Source: Antedon mediterranea
Taxonomy: Eukaryota > Animalia > Echinodermata
DNA length: 64,000 bases
Assembly (NCBI RefSeq): GCF_964355755.1
Contig: NC_092673.1
Span: 29,261,648-29,325,647, forward strand
Reading direction: 5' to 3'
Shown here: positions 62,001 through 64,000 of the stretch, piece after piece
How positions within the stretch are numbered: position 1 is the first letter of the stretch
Layout: every line of letters starts with the position of its first letter
Translations under genes and position numbers: made by a program
Notes under the pieces: generated by a model
Databases searched by the model: none
The model's input: the letters and a program-made list of their open reading frames with translations, nothing else
Told to the model about the DNA's origin: nothing

Positions 62001-64000
62001 GTTGCTGTTAATTTTATTCACGTAAATGTGAAACTAATTTATAAATCTGATCGGTTTTATATGCTGAAATTGTTTTAGTAATACACTGTGTAGTATAAAG
62101 TTAGTTAGAACTTTTCATTTTCGCGTTTTCAGTGATCAAAAATGATATTGTCTAGGCCCGAATATGAATGCTTCCAGCGTACGACGTATGTAAACAAAGG
62201 ACGTTTAAACCGCGATGACCGCATATAAAGTTCGCTCAAGTGAATAGTGGGTAGGCTTTTACTAGCCTAGCGTATTGTGACCGTATGCATGAAACATCTT
62301 TCTCTAGCTTATTTTGCATGCAGCGCTAGCTTTACATAAACATGTGTACTACTGTTTTTAAATTTTTTCCCCCGATTTTTAGGTGGTGTAAGGGCCTAGA
62401 ACTTATATTATTATTACTGACAGGCTTCTAGAGTAGGCCACTACTATACTACTAGGCCTAGTACTGGTGTAGAACTAGCTGGCATAATAATAGCGTAGGT
62501 GTAGATGTATTATGGTGTCGTGTGTGTAGTCTTACAGCTAAAACATTTATTTTTGTATACATAAATCTAATAAATGCTGTGTACTACTACCCGTATATTC
62601 AGCTGATTATAACAATACATTCAGCAACCCTATCAACCAACGATTTCTCACAGGTGACATCATTGTTCAGGTGGAAACATTGTGAAAATACTACAACGAT
62701 ATTGAATGTATTATTTATTACGAAAGCTGCATCTAGCATGAACATATTTCCTCTCTGACTGAGATCATGTTTTAAACAATAAAAGAAAATAAGGTTGCCC
62801 TAAAGAACTAGCTGTAGAAAATCACATAAAACAATGTTTCTCTGTCCCTGAACCAACATAATTCCAATAAACATGGCTATATCATACCAAATGTATTCTA
62901 CAAAATAAACAGCCAGCATCATATAATAATTATGGTTTAAAATGTCAAAGACCAACTGATAAATGTGGAATTTGCGTGTATGGTGGTTTGATTCCATAAT
63001 AGTAATACTGTATTTTGATGATGAACTATTGCATTTTCTATGTATATGTACAGGCGCGTAGCCAGAGGGGTTTTTATGGTTCGGGCAAACCCCCATTCCC
63101 GACATGCCCAATACCTCACCCTCATCTCTGAAAATCCTCCAAATACGTGCCCCACACAGTACAAAAGGTTAATTTGAAAAATTCGTTCGTGAATAACTCG
63201 ATACCTTCTTCACTGTATGAGCGTATGTCGAGCGATACGTGTCTGTAAATTTACGAGTTGCAAATGAATTGCCGATTTTCACCTGAAATCCCTGGATGTA
63301 ACATGATATTGATGCGTGTATCGTACTCATAAAGTGAGCTGGGGCACGAACGATTCGTACAAAGGACACCGCCAGACAATAGCGTACGTACCTATATTGT
63401 TTAGATCACGGCAGTCAGCATGCATAAAGTATACCGTAAATCTTCTAATTGTAACCCTGGGTTATTATATTATTCTTTGATTGTTTTTTAGGGTGGGTTA
63501 CTACTAGAAGGGGATTACTATTAGAGTAGTGGGTTACTATTACTTGAAAATAGTAACCCACCCCAACTATTCCGGTCAGCAGCTCATAGCAAAATAATAA
63601 AACAGTACGGATAAACACATTTGTTTGAACAGAACTAACTATCTAACTAACTTATAAACTCAAAAACACTCAATCCTTCCCCACACCCGAGATCAACATG
63701 CATTATCTCCTTATTACTATCAGAGTAGTGGGTTGTTATTATTATAGATTGACTATTGACTGGGTTACACTATTACTATTAAAAGGAGGGTTACTATTAT
63801 TAGAGTGTGGGTTACTATTAGAAGATTGATTAATATTTAATTTCTTCAAATTGCTGTAAATAAATATAGGTAGAGCTATAATAAGCATTGAATTTGCCTT
63901 CTCACACAAAGTGCTTTTTTGGGGGATTCCCCTAGACGTACGTACGTTCACATTGAACTTGAACGCAAGTGAATGATCAAAAAAGGTACGAATACGATCG

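Noticed and set aside
61900-64000. CpG-richer, promoter- or transposon-like patches, a hAT-like CAGGCGCGTAGCCAG end and gggttactatt repeats
   Set aside because: No paired termini or credible exon can be defined within the window

Overview
AT-rich, intron- and repeat-rich eukaryotic DNA. It is inferred to be a marine invertebrate, probably a deuterostome, from the Deu/Nin-domain and CORE SINEs; the species cannot be identified from sequence alone. The left half (1-30.7 kb, minus strand) holds a CIP4/Toca-1/FNBP1-family F-BAR gene. I reconstructed ten in-phase GT-AG coding exons covering F-BAR and HR1; the SH3 exons must lie beyond the left edge. There is also a candidate 12-nt microexon and two candidate truncating exons. 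The rest is mostly mobile DNA: a 2.3-kb foldback palindrome, a decayed Sola2-type transposon interrupted by a Deu/Nin SINE, nested Harbinger-type MITEs, about 13 copies of one small MITE, several SINE families, LINE 3' ends, minisatellites and a Penelope-type hammerhead-like motif. Other gene-like pieces are an orphan ARF-like exon and a probable plus-strand first exon behind an E-box/D-box-rich promoter. The least explained structure is a 1.6-1.76-kb tandem unit at 32.45-36.1 kb. It carries a tRNA cloverleaf fused to a long base-paired RNA ending in a T-run, a divergent second tRNA-like Pol III unit, and paired octamer+SPH (snRNA enhancer-like) motifs. All calls were made by eye, without database searches.
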